DNA of 64,000 nucleotides from an uncultured delta proteobacterium. GTDB taxonomy: Bacteria > Myxococcota_A > Polyangia > Haliangiales > Haliangiaceae. Each line of letters opens with the position of its first letter. The first letter of the stretch is position 1. Below the pieces are notes generated by a model, which saw only the letters and a list, made by a program, of their open reading frames with translations, was not told where the DNA came from and ran no database searches. The translations under genes were made by a program, and so were the position numbers. Below are positions 30,081 through 40,405 of this stretch, piece after piece. The DNA is taken from assembly GCA_963848295.1 (NCBI GenBank), contig CAWKDB010000011.1:128001-192000 (forward strand), read 5' to 3'.

Positions 30081-32177
30081 ATGGCCGGCGACGACGAGGT
30101 TTTCGGATACCAGGACGGAGGCGAGCAACTCTCCGACTACGCGGAGCGCTTCGGGTTGCTGTTCGACCGCTTGCACGCGATCCGCGACGTCATGCCCGAG
30201 GCGGCGGCGGTCGTGCCGCCGCGGGTCAAGCGCGAGCTGCTCGAGGGCGCGAGCGAGAGTCTGTTCGCGATCAACCGTCGCATCATCGATCTCGACGCCG
30301 CGATCGAGCGCCGCACCGAGGTCTCCGAGGAGCTCGGCATCGCACTTCCGCTCGAGCTGCTGCGCGGCCGGTTCGCCCTCGTGGAGCTCGACATCCAGGT
30401 GTTGTCGATGATGTTCGCGCTCGAATCGGGCGGCGCGTTCAACCCCTACGACACGCGCAGCACGCGGACCGACCGGGTCGATCCCGAGGTCGCGTTCTTC
30501 ATGGCGTTGCTCGGTGGCGGCGAGCGCGATGACGCCGAGCGCGCGCGCGCACGATTTCTTCCCGACGCGCCGCTGATCGAGTCCGGCATGGTGCTGCTCG
30601 TCGGCGATGCCGACTCGCCGATCATCTACAAGCGGATCCGGCTGTCGGAGCGCACGCTCGAGTTTCTCTCGGGCAGCTTCGCGCCGCCGCCGTCGTTGCT
30701 CGGCACGGTCGCGACGTTCGCCGCGACACCGCCTGGTGCCGACGCGTTCCTGTTCGAGGATCCCGCGCTCGTCGGCCAGATCGCACGCACGCTGTCGAGC
30801 CCCGAGCAGATCGTGATCTTGCGTGGCGCGCCCGGCGTCGGGCGCAAGTCGCTGGCCGGCGCCGCCGCGCACGAGCTCGATCGCGCGATGCTCGTCGTCG
30901 ACCTGTCGCGCGTGCTGCTTTCGGCCGACGAGCTCGACCGAACGCTGCGCACGCTGTTTCGCGAGGCCCGCATGCAGGGCGCGGTGCTCGTCCTCGATCG
31001 CGCCGACGAGTTTGCGGACCGCGAAGGTCAAGCCGCGCTATGGCCGTCGCTCACGAACCGGATCGCGCGTTCGTCGCTGCCGATCGCGCTCGTCTGCGAG
31101 AATCTCCCGAAGTGGCTCGACCGCCTGCAACGCGTCCGGGTCGAGCTCGCGGTGCCGTTTCCGTCCGAGGAGATCCAGCACCGGCTGTGGGTCCGGCACT
31201 TGCCGCCGAGCTTGCACCTCGAGCCCGGGCTGTCGATCGATTCGATCGTGCACATGTACTCGTTGTCGTGCGCATCGATCATCGCGACCGCGGACGAGCT
31301 GTCCCGCACCGACCACATCTACGCGCGCGGCGGTGTGGTCGATCAGCAAGGGCTCGTCGACATCGTGCGCACCCGGCTCGCTCACGAGCTCGGGGCGCTC
31401 GCCGAGGTCGTGCACACCACGCTCGAGTGGAAAGACGTCGTGTTGTCGGACGACGTCTACGAGCGCGTCATCGAGTTCCTCAACTTCGCGCGCCACCGCG
31501 GCGTCGTGATGCGCGAGATGGGCTTCGGCCGCAAGCTCGCGTACGGGCGCGGGCTGTCGGCGATGTTCTCGGGCCCGCCCGGTACGGGCAAGACGATGAT
31601 CTGTACGCTGCTCGCCAAAGAGCTCGGGATGGAGCTCTATCGCATCGATCTGTCGCAGGTCGTCAACAAGTACATCGGCGAGACCGAGAAGAACCTCGGC
31701 AAGGTGTTCGACGAGGCGGCGCGCGGCCAGGTGATGCTGCTGTTCGACGAGGCCGACTCGATCTTCGCGAAGCGCACCGAGGTCAAGTCATCGCATGATC
31801 GTTACGCGAACCTCGAGGTCAACTACCTGTTGCAACGCATGGAGGGCCACGAAGGCATCGTCGTGTTGACGACGAACTCCGAGAGCGCGATCGATAAGGC
31901 GTTCCTGCGGCGCATTCGGTTCCGCGTGCGTTTCCCGTCCCCGAGCGATGCCGATCGCGCGCGGCTGTGGCGCGGCATGGTGCCGAAAGAGGTCAAGCTT
32001 GCCCCCGATGTCGACTTCCAAGCACTCGCGGTGCGGTTCCCGATGGCCGGCGGCAACATCATGAACGCGCTCGTCCGCGCGTCGATCAGCGCGACCGCGA
32101 GCGGTCAGCCGGTCGGCCAGCAGCACTTGATCTGGGCCGCGGAGCTCGAGTACAGCGAGATGGGATTCCTCGCATGA
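30081..32177 (+). CDS. AAA+ ATPase of the Afp15/Pvc15 (eCIS-associated) type
   Basis: N-terminal LRGRFAL winged-helix-like region; degenerate first P-loop GAPGVGRKS; second module GPPGTGKT, DLSQVVNKYIGETEKNL, LFDEADSIF, RYANLEVNYLLQRME, IDKAFLRR. Confidence 0.9.
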   Translation: MAGDDEVFGYQDGGEQLSDYAERFGLLFDRLHAIRDVMPEAAAVVPPRVKRELLEGASESLFAINRRIIDLDAAIERRTEVSEELGIALPLELLRGRFALVELDIQVLSMMFALESGGAFNPYDTRSTRTDRVDPEVAFFMALLGGGERDDAERARARFLPDAPLIESGMVLLVGDADSPIIYKRIRLSERTLEFLSGSFAPPPSLLGTVATFAATPPGADAFLFEDPALVGQIARTLSSPEQIVILRGAPGVGRKSLAGAAAHELDRAMLVVDLSRVLLSADELDRTLRTLFREARMQGAVLVLDRADEFADREGQAALWPSLTNRIARSSLPIALVCENLPKWLDRLQRVRVELAVPFPSEEIQHRLWVRHLPPSLHLEPGLSIDSIVHMYSLSCASIIATADELSRTDHIYARGGVVDQQGLVDIVRTRLAHELGALAEVVHTTLEWKDVVLSDDVYERVIEFLNFARHRGVVMREMGFGRKLAYGRGLSAMFSGPPGTGKTMICTLLAKELGMELYRIDLSQVVNKYIGETEKNLGKVFDEAARGQVMLLFDEADSIFAKRTEVKSSHDRYANLEVNYLLQRMEGHEGIVVLTTNSESAIDKAFLRRIRFRVRFPSPSDADRARLWRGMVPKEVKLAPDVDFQALAVRFPMAGGNIMNALVRASISATASGQPVGQQHLIWAAELEYSEMGFLA

Positions 32178-32497
32178 AGAAGGTGCTCGGCATCCTCGGC
32201 ACGATCGGCGTCGTCGCGTTCTTCGTGCTGCTCGCTTACCTCAAGTGGTGGAACGTATTCGGCCAGCACAAGATGGGCGGATCCTGTAGCAACCGCACCG
32301 ATTGTCGATCGGTGTACTGCCTCGAGCACGAGAAGACTGGCGGCACCGAACAGAAGAGCGACGGCTACTGTACCGACAAGTGCGACACGGATAGCGACTG
32401 CGAAGATGGGCTCGTCTGCGTCGTGCCCTCGCAAGCCGCGCTCGACGACTTGCCGCGCTACGGCCGACCTACGAAGCTGTGCGAACGAGTCCGATGA
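32174..32497 (+). CDS. small Cys-rich membrane-anchored protein
   Basis: ATGA overlap with the ATPase stop; N-terminal TM helix; CSNRTDC, CTDKCDTDSDCEDGLVC. Confidence 0.8.
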   Translation: MKKVLGILGTIGVVAFFVLLAYLKWWNVFGQHKMGGSCSNRTDCRSVYCLEHEKTGGTEQKSDGYCTDKCDTDSDCEDGLVCVVPSQAALDDLPRYGRPTKLCERVR

Positions 32498-32507
32498 ACG
32501 AGTCGCG

Positions 32508-34472
32508 ATGGCCGAAATCAATCGCCTGAATCGCGCAGGGCTGCGCCGGCTCGTCGCGCTCCATCCTGACGGTGGTCGGATCGAGCTCCGATCGAAGCTG
32601 CTCGCGCCTGCCATCGCCGGACCGCTGGCTCCCGCCGACGCCGAGCAACGGTTCGCCGACTACTTGCTCGATCGCTGCGCCCAGCCGATGCGCGCGCACA
32701 CGCCTGCCGACGAAGCGTGGTTCGAGCGCTCGTTGCTCATCGAATCGATCGCACCGGGCAACGCGATCGCGGTCGCCGATGAGCTCGCGGCGATCGTCGC
32801 GGCACCGCGCCTGGTCGCCGACGGCCGGTTGAGCGAGCAAGCGATAGCCGCTCGGTTCGCGCTCCGCGCCGACGAAGCGATCGCGGCGGCGGTCGCGACG
32901 CTTCCGCCCGATGGCGCCGTCGCGGTGATCCGCGAGCTCGCGACGGCCGCGGGCCCCGACGAGGACCGGCTGCACCTCGCGACCTTGCAGGCCGGGCGGG
33001 CCCTCGCGTGGCGCGGCGATGTGATCGATAGCGACGGCGGCGGTGCGCTCGTCGATGAGTTGCTGGCGTTGCTCGAGCGCACGAATCCGCGTCCGCTCCT
33101 CGGAGTGCTCGCTCCGATCCTCGGCGCGATCGCGGCATCGCGAATCAAGGTCCGCAGCGCGGTGCTCTCGCGGCTCAGCGAGATGAAGTGGCGAATCCTC
33201 GATCGGCGATCAGGCACGTCGTTCCTCGGCGAGTTCCGCGCCCTCGATCAGCCTCGGAGGTTGCCCGACGAGGACTACTTCATGACCCTCCCCGACCGCC
33301 ATGTCGCCGAGACCGCCGCGTGGATCCTCGGGCGTGCCGCCGAGCGGCTCGATCGCGACGGGTTCGTCGCGCTGCAGAACCAGGTGCTCGACGGCGAGCT
33401 CGGCTCGACGTTGCTGCCATCGTTCGTCGACGGTCTGATCGCCGGTGCGTCGCTGGCGCCGCTCGTCGAGCTCGGGACGATGCTATTGGCCTCACGCGAC
33501 GAAGAACCGTGCGTGCTCGGGTTGCGCATCGCCGCCCAGCTGCCGCTCGACGAATGCGCCGACGCCTGTCTCGCCCACCTCGACGACCATCGCCGCCTTG
33601 TGCGAATCGGCGCGATCCGCGCGGTGACGATGCTCGAGCCCGAGCGCGCGGTGCCTGCGCTGGTCGCGCGACTCGACGATCCGGATCCGGGCGTGTGCGC
33701 CTGCGCCGCGCACGCGCTCGTCGAGCTCGGCCAGCGCGATCGAGTGGCCGCCCGACCGATGCCGGGCGAGGTCGCGATCGGCAAGGCGCGCGAGCGCACC
33801 GCGGCCGCACGCGCCGCGATCGGAGATGCGAGCTTCGAGGTCGTCACGGCGCTGTTGCCGATCGTCGTGACCGAGACCGAGCGCGACCTCGAGCCCGGCG
33901 ATGCGCCGTTGCTCGCCGCGCTGCGGACGAGCCTGCTGGGGAGCGCGGACGGCGTTCGGATGGCGGCGACGCTCGTGCGCGAGATCCCCGACGCGCTCGC
34001 ACTCGTGGCACTCGCCTTGGCGGGCGATGCGGACAGCCCGTCGATGGCGCTAGCCACCGGGCTCCGCGACGAGCTCGCGTCCGCGCTCGATCCGCTGATC
34101 GACGCAGGCGGCGAGCCGGGCATGATCGCGCTCGACACGCTCAGCCGGTTCTCGCTCGGCGACGCGGCGCTCGTCGCACGGATCGTCGACGCCACTCGGC
34201 GCACCGAGGGCTACGCGGCGCAAGCGCTCACCGCACTCGCGCAGGTTCGACGCCGCAGCGAGCTCGGCGCCGAGTTTCTCGCCCCTTGGCTCGACAACCG
34301 CGAGCACATCGCCGCCACGGTGATGGCAGCGGCCGTCGCGGGCCTGGTCCTGCCCACGGGCCACCGCCTGTGGGAACAGGTCCGCGAGCTGTTCGCGCTG
34401 GGCAGTGTCGCCGCCGCGACCGCATACGCCGCGCTGGTTCGAGGTGCTCGCGTGCGCTGCGACGACAAATGA
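32508..34472 (+). CDS. HEAT-repeat protein
   Basis: LDDHRRLVRIGAIRAV, AVPALVARLDDPDPGVCACAAHALVELG. Confidence 0.8.
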   Translation: MAEINRLNRAGLRRLVALHPDGGRIELRSKLLAPAIAGPLAPADAEQRFADYLLDRCAQPMRAHTPADEAWFERSLLIESIAPGNAIAVADELAAIVAAPRLVADGRLSEQAIAARFALRADEAIAAAVATLPPDGAVAVIRELATAAGPDEDRLHLATLQAGRALAWRGDVIDSDGGGALVDELLALLERTNPRPLLGVLAPILGAIAASRIKVRSAVLSRLSEMKWRILDRRSGTSFLGEFRALDQPRRLPDEDYFMTLPDRHVAETAAWILGRAAERLDRDGFVALQNQVLDGELGSTLLPSFVDGLIAGASLAPLVELGTMLLASRDEEPCVLGLRIAAQLPLDECADACLAHLDDHRRLVRIGAIRAVTMLEPERAVPALVARLDDPDPGVCACAAHALVELGQRDRVAARPMPGEVAIGKARERTAAARAAIGDASFEVVTALLPIVVTETERDLEPGDAPLLAALRTSLLGSADGVRMAATLVREIPDALALVALALAGDADSPSMALATGLRDELASALDPLIDAGGEPGMIALDTLSRFSLGDAALVARIVDATRRTEGYAAQALTALAQVRRRSELGAEFLAPWLDNREHIAATVMAAAVAGLVLPTGHRLWEQVRELFALGSVAAATAYAALVRGARVRCDDK

Positions 34473-34530
34473 GCACGCGACTTCGCCGTCACGTTTCCGT
34501 GCACCTCCACCTGCCGCCTAGGATTGCGGC

Positions 34531-35673
34531 GTGACCGATTCGGCGCAAGTGCCAGCGATCGAGATCCTGCGCTGTCCGAGTTGCTCCGGCGCGGTGCCAC
34601 TCGGCGATGGCGAGACCGTGCGCTGTCCATTCTGCGGCACCGAGGTCCCGCTCCCCGAGCCGCATCGCGCGCTGCGCGACGCCGAGCGCGCCGAGCGTGC
34701 GACGCGCAAAGACGCGGAGGCGTACTACGCGGCGCTGGCGAAGCCGCCGAACGTCATCGTTCGCGCATTCGGCCGTCCGGGCGTCGGGCTCGCGTTGGTG
34801 ATCCTCACGCCGTTCATCTTCATCGGCTCGCTCTTGCTGAGCGTGCCGTTGCTGGACGTGTTCGAGCGAATCCGGCACGAGTCGTTTCTCGACGTCCATC
34901 CAGACAAGTGGATCGCGGTCTATCAGTGTTTGTTCGCGAGCATCCTGCTCGCCGTGTTCGGCTTGATCGGCGGGTTCGCGCGACGGACGGCGGTAGGTCG
35001 CGTGCTGCTGCGCGCGGCGCTGATCGCCAAGCCGCCCGAACGTCCCGGCGGCCCCGCGCTGTGCCGCTCTTGTAACGCACCGCTGTTCGTACCGACCGGC
35101 GCCGAGGCCGTGCGCTGCACGTACTGCCGCAGCGACAACATCATCGCGATCAGTGCCGCCGACATCGCGGCTCAGGCGGTCGCGCAGCGCGGCGTCCAAG
35201 AGGCGTTAGCCGAAGCGAGGCGGAGCGGACGCGATGACCTCAAGCACGTGCGGTGGTCGATGTTCTGGCGGTTGCTCTTGCTCTCGACGCTGTTCGTCTT
35301 CATGTGGGTTCCGATGATCAGAGCAAACGGCTCGATCCACGACCCGACACCGTGGGACGACTGGCGAACCGACATCACCCCCCGCTACTACTCGAGCGTC
35401 GCGGACTGCACGAACAACTTCCATCGGGTCGCGATGCGTCGCGGCGAGACGTTCCACGCGACGCGGATGAACGACGAGCGGGCGCCCCTCGAGGTCGACG
35501 TGGAGGCGCACATCCCTGGTTCGGGCATCGAATACTGGCAGCCGCTCGGCCCGACGCTGCGTTGGCCGCCCGGTGTCCCGTTCGACTTCGTGGCGCCGCA
35601 CACGGGCTGGATGTACCTGTGCTTCCGCGGGCGCGCGACGCGGATCACCGGCACGGTCGTCACGCGCCCGTAG
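34531..35673 (+). CDS. double zinc-ribbon membrane protein
   Basis: CPSC..CPFC and CRSC..CTYC; three TM segments; TAGGAT 6 nt before GTG. Confidence 0.8.
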   Translation: MTDSAQVPAIEILRCPSCSGAVPLGDGETVRCPFCGTEVPLPEPHRALRDAERAERATRKDAEAYYAALAKPPNVIVRAFGRPGVGLALVILTPFIFIGSLLLSVPLLDVFERIRHESFLDVHPDKWIAVYQCLFASILLAVFGLIGGFARRTAVGRVLLRAALIAKPPERPGGPALCRSCNAPLFVPTGAEAVRCTYCRSDNIIAISAADIAAQAVAQRGVQEALAEARRSGRDDLKHVRWSMFWRLLLLSTLFVFMWVPMIRANGSIHDPTPWDDWRTDITPRYYSSVADCTNNFHRVAMRRGETFHATRMNDERAPLEVDVEAHIPGSGIEYWQPLGPTLRWPPGVPFDFVAPHTGWMYLCFRGRATRITGTVVTRP

Positions 35674-35809
35674 ACGTTCGCGACCTCGCGATCGCGGCGA
35701 CTGCCGCGCTCCGCGAGCTGCGCGCCTGACCCGCGGGTCCGCACGCGGTGTTGATTCGCGGCGCGCGGACGTCACGTGCCCCTGCAACCGAATATAGTTG
35801 GCGACGTAG

Positions 35810-37649
35810 ATGCCGAGCCTCCAACCTCACACCGCGGCGATCGCGGCCAGCGCCGACGGCCGTTGGCTCGTGTGGGGCGAGCCCGGGCGGTTGGTGCTAT
35901 TTGACCTCGCGAAGCGCACGCAGGTCGCCGAGGTCGCGCTCGATCTCGAGCCACCGTTCGAGCTCGCGGTGACGTCGACCACGCTGTTCGTGATGCAAGC
36001 CCAGAGCGGCAGCACGCTCGTTCGACTCTACGATCTTCCCGAGATGCGCGCCGGCGTCGAAGCGCGGCTCAAGGGCGAGTCGCGTTTCGGCGGGCTGTGC
36101 GGATCGTTCGCGATGTTGCTCGGTAGTAACGAGCCGTTGACCGCGGTCGATCTGTCCCAGCTCCGGTCGGCCGCGCTGCCCGCTCGCGGGCCGATCCAAG
36201 TCGTCGCCGAGCTGTCGCCGGACACGATGCTCGTCGGTGCGCGCGGCAAGCTCGACGTGTGGAACCTCGATGAACGGCGACCGACCCATCGACTCGCGCT
36301 CCCGCTCGCGAACGATGTCGCGTTCGCCGGCGTGATCTCGAGCGGCAAGTTGCTGTGGCTCGCGTCGAGTGGACCGCGCGGCGCGATCTCCGTGCTCCGG
36401 CTGTCGGACGGCAAGCTGCTCGCGCCATCTGCGGCGGGTGGCACGATCAAGGCGATCGTGGGCGATGCTGCTACGACCACGGTGGTCGCCGCGATCCAAC
36501 CGGAGGGTGGCAAGACGGTCCAGCTGATCGCGCTCGATCTCCACGCGCAGACCAGCCACCCCCTGGCGTTCGACCATCCGATCTCGGCGTTCTGTCTCGC
36601 CGGCGAAGCGGTGGCGATCCAATCGGAACGCGCGCAGCCGGTGCTGGTCGCGATCGCCGCGAGCGCGAGCGGCGCTGGCGCCAAGCCGTTGAGCGGCCCG
36701 GACGCGGACCTACCGGAGCCGGCGCTCGGCGAGCTCGCCCCCGAGGATGGCGTCGTGAATGGCGGCGAGCCGGCGCCGAACGATCTGTCCGATCGCCTCG
36801 ACCACTGGCGCTCGCAGGTCAAGGCCGCGGTCGTCGCGGCGCCGCCGAAGCCGCGCAGCCCGCTCGAGACCCTCGCCGACGAGCCGCGCAGCCGATCACG
36901 CGCCGAGCTCTACGCGTGGGGCTTGTCGGCGCGCGCGCGCACGACGACGACACCACCGCCGCCGCCGCAGGGCTGGCGCCTCAACGATTCTCGCGAGCCG
37001 GTTCGATCTCGACATGCGGTCGAGGACCTTGCTCGCCTTGCTCTACGCGGGCTGGCTCGATGGCGAAGGCAAGACCGGCCTGCCGGTCGGCGTCGTCGCG
37101 CGCGCGCTCGGCAACGATGAAGACGCGTGGGTCGAAGCGCTCGCGCAGGGCCGCCTCGGTCGCATGGGCTGGGTGCGGTCCGCGTACGGGCGCACGCGGC
37201 TGTATCGCGAGATCGGGCGATTTCTCGACGAGGCGCCGGCGCGCATCGCGATCGTGGCGCCCGCCGACGACGCGGTCGCATCGCTCGCGCCTCCGCTGAC
37301 CGCCATGCTCTGGCGGATCGTGGATCGCAGCGCGTTCGACGAGCAGCTGCACGCGCTCGCGAACCGCTTGCGCGAGCCGGTCGCGACGATCGAGCTCAGC
37401 GCGGTGCCGGCCGCGCGCCTCGCCGACCGCTTGCTCGAGGCGCGACTGCACGGCGCGCTACCGATCCTCGTGCCGTCCGAGGGCGCGCCGTTCGACTCGC
37501 GCTTGCTCGACGGTGGCGGGCTCGTCGTCGCGTTCGGCACGTCGCTCGCCGACGCTGGCCTCCCGCTGTGGGCGCCGCCGGAGCTCGCCGCGAACGAACC
37601 GGTCGAGACCGAGCCCGAGGCCGCGGCGAGCTCGACCGCGCCGGCGTAG
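35810..37649 (+). CDS. beta-propeller-like protein fused to a degenerate Afp15-like N-terminal region; apparent +1 frameshift at ~36988
   Basis: WD-like strands (IAASADGRWLVWG..LVLFDL, LDVWNL). Deleting one T in GATTCTC joins to LASRFDL..EARLHGA. Confidence 0.7.
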
Positions 37650-37650
37650 C

Positions 37651-38631
37651 CTAGTCGTTCGCGTCGTCGTCGTCGGGCAATGTCACCGGCGTGATCGTTC
37701 CCGGCGTGGTCAGCGCGGGCGCGGGCGCCGACGCGGGCGCAGGTTGCCAGGCGAGCTCGAGCGTCGCGCGAAACGCCGGCGCGCCGATCTGATCGTCGAG
37801 CCCTGCCCCGGCGCGCACGCCGACCACCCAGCCCGGCAGCGGCGCGATGACGAGGCCGAGCCGCGCCTCGACCGGAGACGCGCCGAGCTCGTGATCGACG
37901 TTGTCGCCGAGCACGCCGACGACCTCGGCCGTCGCTTTGAGTTGCTCCGCCTTGCACCACAGGTGCGCGATCGGCGGCACCGGCACGATCACGCCGAGCC
38001 CGCCGAACGTCTCGTCGCCGACGAGGCGATCCGCGACCATCACTTCGGCGCCGCGCAAGCGAATCCCGGCGGTGGCCGCGAGCACGATGCCGGCGCCGAG
38101 GTTGAACCGGCCGATCAGGCTCCACGCACCGCTCCAGCTCGCGTTGCCGGCGAAGTCGTAGTCATCGCCGGTCGGCAGCGTGAGCTCGGCGCGCAGGAAC
38201 GCGCCGAACGACGGGCGCTGCGTGACGCGCAACCGTGCCCCGACCACGAGATCGCCGGGGACCCAGCGATCGAGCGGGCGGTCGTCGCCGAGCCCCATGT
38301 ACCGATCGCCGATCTGATGCGCGAGCGGCATCCGGAGGTCGACGACGATGCTGTTGATCGCGATCGCGCCGCCGAGCGCGAGCGTCTCCCGGTGATCGAC
38401 CGGATGACTTTCGGCGCTCGTCGTGCTCAGGGTGATCGGCCGGAGCAGATACTCGAACCGCGCGCCGAGGCCCCACGCGTCGACCGGCGCGCCGCTGTCG
38501 AACCCGAGCTCGACTCGACCGAGCGGCGCGTCATCGCGATCGACATCGATCGCTTCGGGTCGGTCGACCGGCGTGCCCGCATGCGCGACGGTCGCGCCGC
38601 ACGCCAGCGCCACGGTCGCGGCGAGCCTCAT
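37651..38631 (-). CDS. putative outer-membrane beta-barrel protein
   Basis: Signal peptide; alternating strands; GDLVVGARLR, ELTLPTGD, GAPAFRATLELAW. Confidence 0.7.
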   Translation of the reverse strand: MRLAATVALACGATVAHAGTPVDRPEAIDVDRDDAPLGRVELGFDSGAPVDAWGLGARFEYLLRPITLSTTSAESHPVDHRETLALGGAIAINSIVVDLRMPLAHQIGDRYMGLGDDRPLDRWVPGDLVVGARLRVTQRPSFGAFLRAELTLPTGDDYDFAGNASWSGAWSLIGRFNLGAGIVLAATAGIRLRGAEVMVADRLVGDETFGGLGVIVPVPPIAHLWCKAEQLKATAEVVGVLGDNVDHELGASPVEARLGLVIAPLPGWVVGVRAGAGLDDQIGAPAFRATLELAWQPAPASAPAPALTTPGTITPVTLPDDDDAND

Positions 38632-39278
38632 CCCATGATCCGCGAGCCGAGCTCGTAGACCCGCGCGGCCGGCATGTGGCGATAACGCGTGACCTGAACG
38701 CGCAGCTGCGCGATCTGATCGATCACGTCGCGCCGGGTCGCGCCCTTGCCGAGCAGCGCCCGCGCACGTTCGACGATCGCGCCGCGCGCTTCCTTCGGAT
38801 GGTAGATGAACGTGCGGCCGAATCGGACCTCGCCGAGCACGCCTACCAGCCGGAGCTCCGCGACATCGCCGATGTCGACGCCGTGCAGCGTCCGTTGCTC
38901 GATCACGTGCAGCTCGCTGCCGCCGAGCAGGTCGAGCAGCTCGATCCGCCCGCGTGCCATCGCGCGAACCTCGTACAGCGAGCGCTGCGACGTCAGCAGC
39001 GCGCGAACGATCGGCGCGCGCTCGTCGCCCGCGGCGTTGAGCTCGCGATAGGTCGCGACGGCCGGCGGCACGTGCTCGCCCGCCGCGACGCGCTCGATCA
39101 CGTACCACTCGACGAACGCCGCGCTCCACGGTTCCCACAGCTCGTCGTCTTGATGGACCTTGCCGCGGCGCTCCTCGTACTCGCGCCGCGCGATCCCAGC
39201 CGCCTCGGTGTCGGCGGCATGCCGGGCGTAGAGCTCTTCGGTCACGCTGTCGAGCAGCGCCGCGCTCGAGGGCGTCAT
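38628..39278 (-). CDS. hypothetical protein co-transcribed with carA
   Basis: ATGA overlaps on both sides; FVEWYVIER and SLYEV segments. Confidence 0.75.
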   Translation of the reverse strand: MTPSSAALLDSVTEELYARHAADTEAAGIARREYEERRGKVHQDDELWEPWSAAFVEWYVIERVAAGEHVPPAVATYRELNAAGDERAPIVRALLTSQRSLYEVRAMARGRIELLDLLGGSELHVIEQRTLHGVDIGDVAELRLVGVLGEVRFGRTFIYHPKEARGAIVERARALLGKGATRRDVIDQIAQLRVQVTRYRHMPAARVYELGSRIMG

Positions 39279-40405
39279 CGCGCCGCCGCGAGGTGCGTGC
39301 GAAACCGCGCGAACAGATAACCCGCGTCGTGCGGGCCCGGGCTCGCCTCGGGGTGGTACTGGACGCTGAAGATCGGCTTGCCCTCGACCGCGAGACCCTC
39401 GACCGAGTGATCGAACAGGTTCTCGTGCGTGACCTGCACGCCGGACGGCAGGCTCGCCGGATCGACCGCGAACCCGTGGTTCTGCGACGTGATCTCGACC
39501 TTGCCGGTCGTCTTGTCGAGCACCGGATGGTTGCCGCCGTGGTGGCCGAACGGCAGCTTGAACGTCTGGCCGCCGACCGCGAGGCCCAGGATCTGGTGAC
39601 CGAGGCAGATCCCGAACACCGGCTTGCCGCTCGCGCATAGCTCGCGCACCGCGCTGATGCCGTAGCCGACCGCCGCCGGATCACCTGGCCCGTTCGACAG
39701 GAAGAACCCATCGGCGCCGAGGGCGAGCGCGGCCTTCGCGGTCGTCGTCGCAGGGACGACCGTCGTGCGGCAGCCGATGTCGCGCAGCTGGCGCAGGATG
39801 TTCTCCTTGATCCCGAAGTCGTAGGCGACGACGTGAAACTCGACCGGCGCCGGCGCGGGCGTGCGGTGGTCATCGAGCGCGCGCCAGGCCGGCAGGGTCC
39901 ACTCGTAGCTCCGCGCGCAGGTCACGCGCGGCACGAGATCGAGGCCGTCCATCTTCGGCGCGGCGCGCACGCGGGCGAGCACCGGCTCGAGCTCCGATAC
40001 GTGGGGCGTGATCGAACCGCGCATCGCCCCTTGATCGCGCAGCACGCGGGTCAACGCGCGCGTGTCGATGCCTTCGATGCCGGGCACGCCGCACGTCTCG
40101 AGCCAATGCGGCAGCGTGTCCTCGCTGCGCCAGCTCGACGGAATCGGCGACAGCTCGCGAATCGCGAGGCCTGCGCACACGACCTTCTTGGCTTCATTGT
40201 CGTCGCGATTGACGCCGACGTTGCCGATCTGCGGTGCGGTCATCACGACGATCTGGCCGCAGTACGACGGATCGCTGACGATCTCCTGGTAGCCGGTCAT
40301 CGACGTGTTGAACACGACCTCGCCGATCGACTCGACGCGCGCGCCGTAGCCGTCACCGCGAAAGATCGAGCCGTTCTCGAGCACGAGCGCGGCGGGCCAG
40401 CTCAC
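39275..40405 (-). CDS. carA: carbamoyl-phosphate synthase small subunit
   Basis: [44 protein letters not shown]. Confidence 0.98.
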   Translation of the reverse strand: MSWPAALVLENGSIFRGDGYGARVESIGEVVFNTSMTGYQEIVSDPSYCGQIVVMTAPQIGNVGVNRDDNEAKKVVCAGLAIRELSPIPSSWRSEDTLPHWLETCGVPGIEGIDTRALTRVLRDQGAMRGSITPHVSELEPVLARVRAAPKMDGLDLVPRVTCARSYEWTLPAWRALDDHRTPAPAPVEFHVVAYDFGIKENILRQLRDIGCRTTVVPATTTAKAALALGADGFFLSNGPGDPAAVGYGISAVRELCASGKPVFGICLGHQILGLAVGGQTFKLPFGHHGGNHPVLDKTTGKVEITSQNHGFAVDPASLPSGVQVTHENLFDHSVEGLAVEGKPIFSVQYHPEASPGPHDAGYLFARFRTHLAAAR

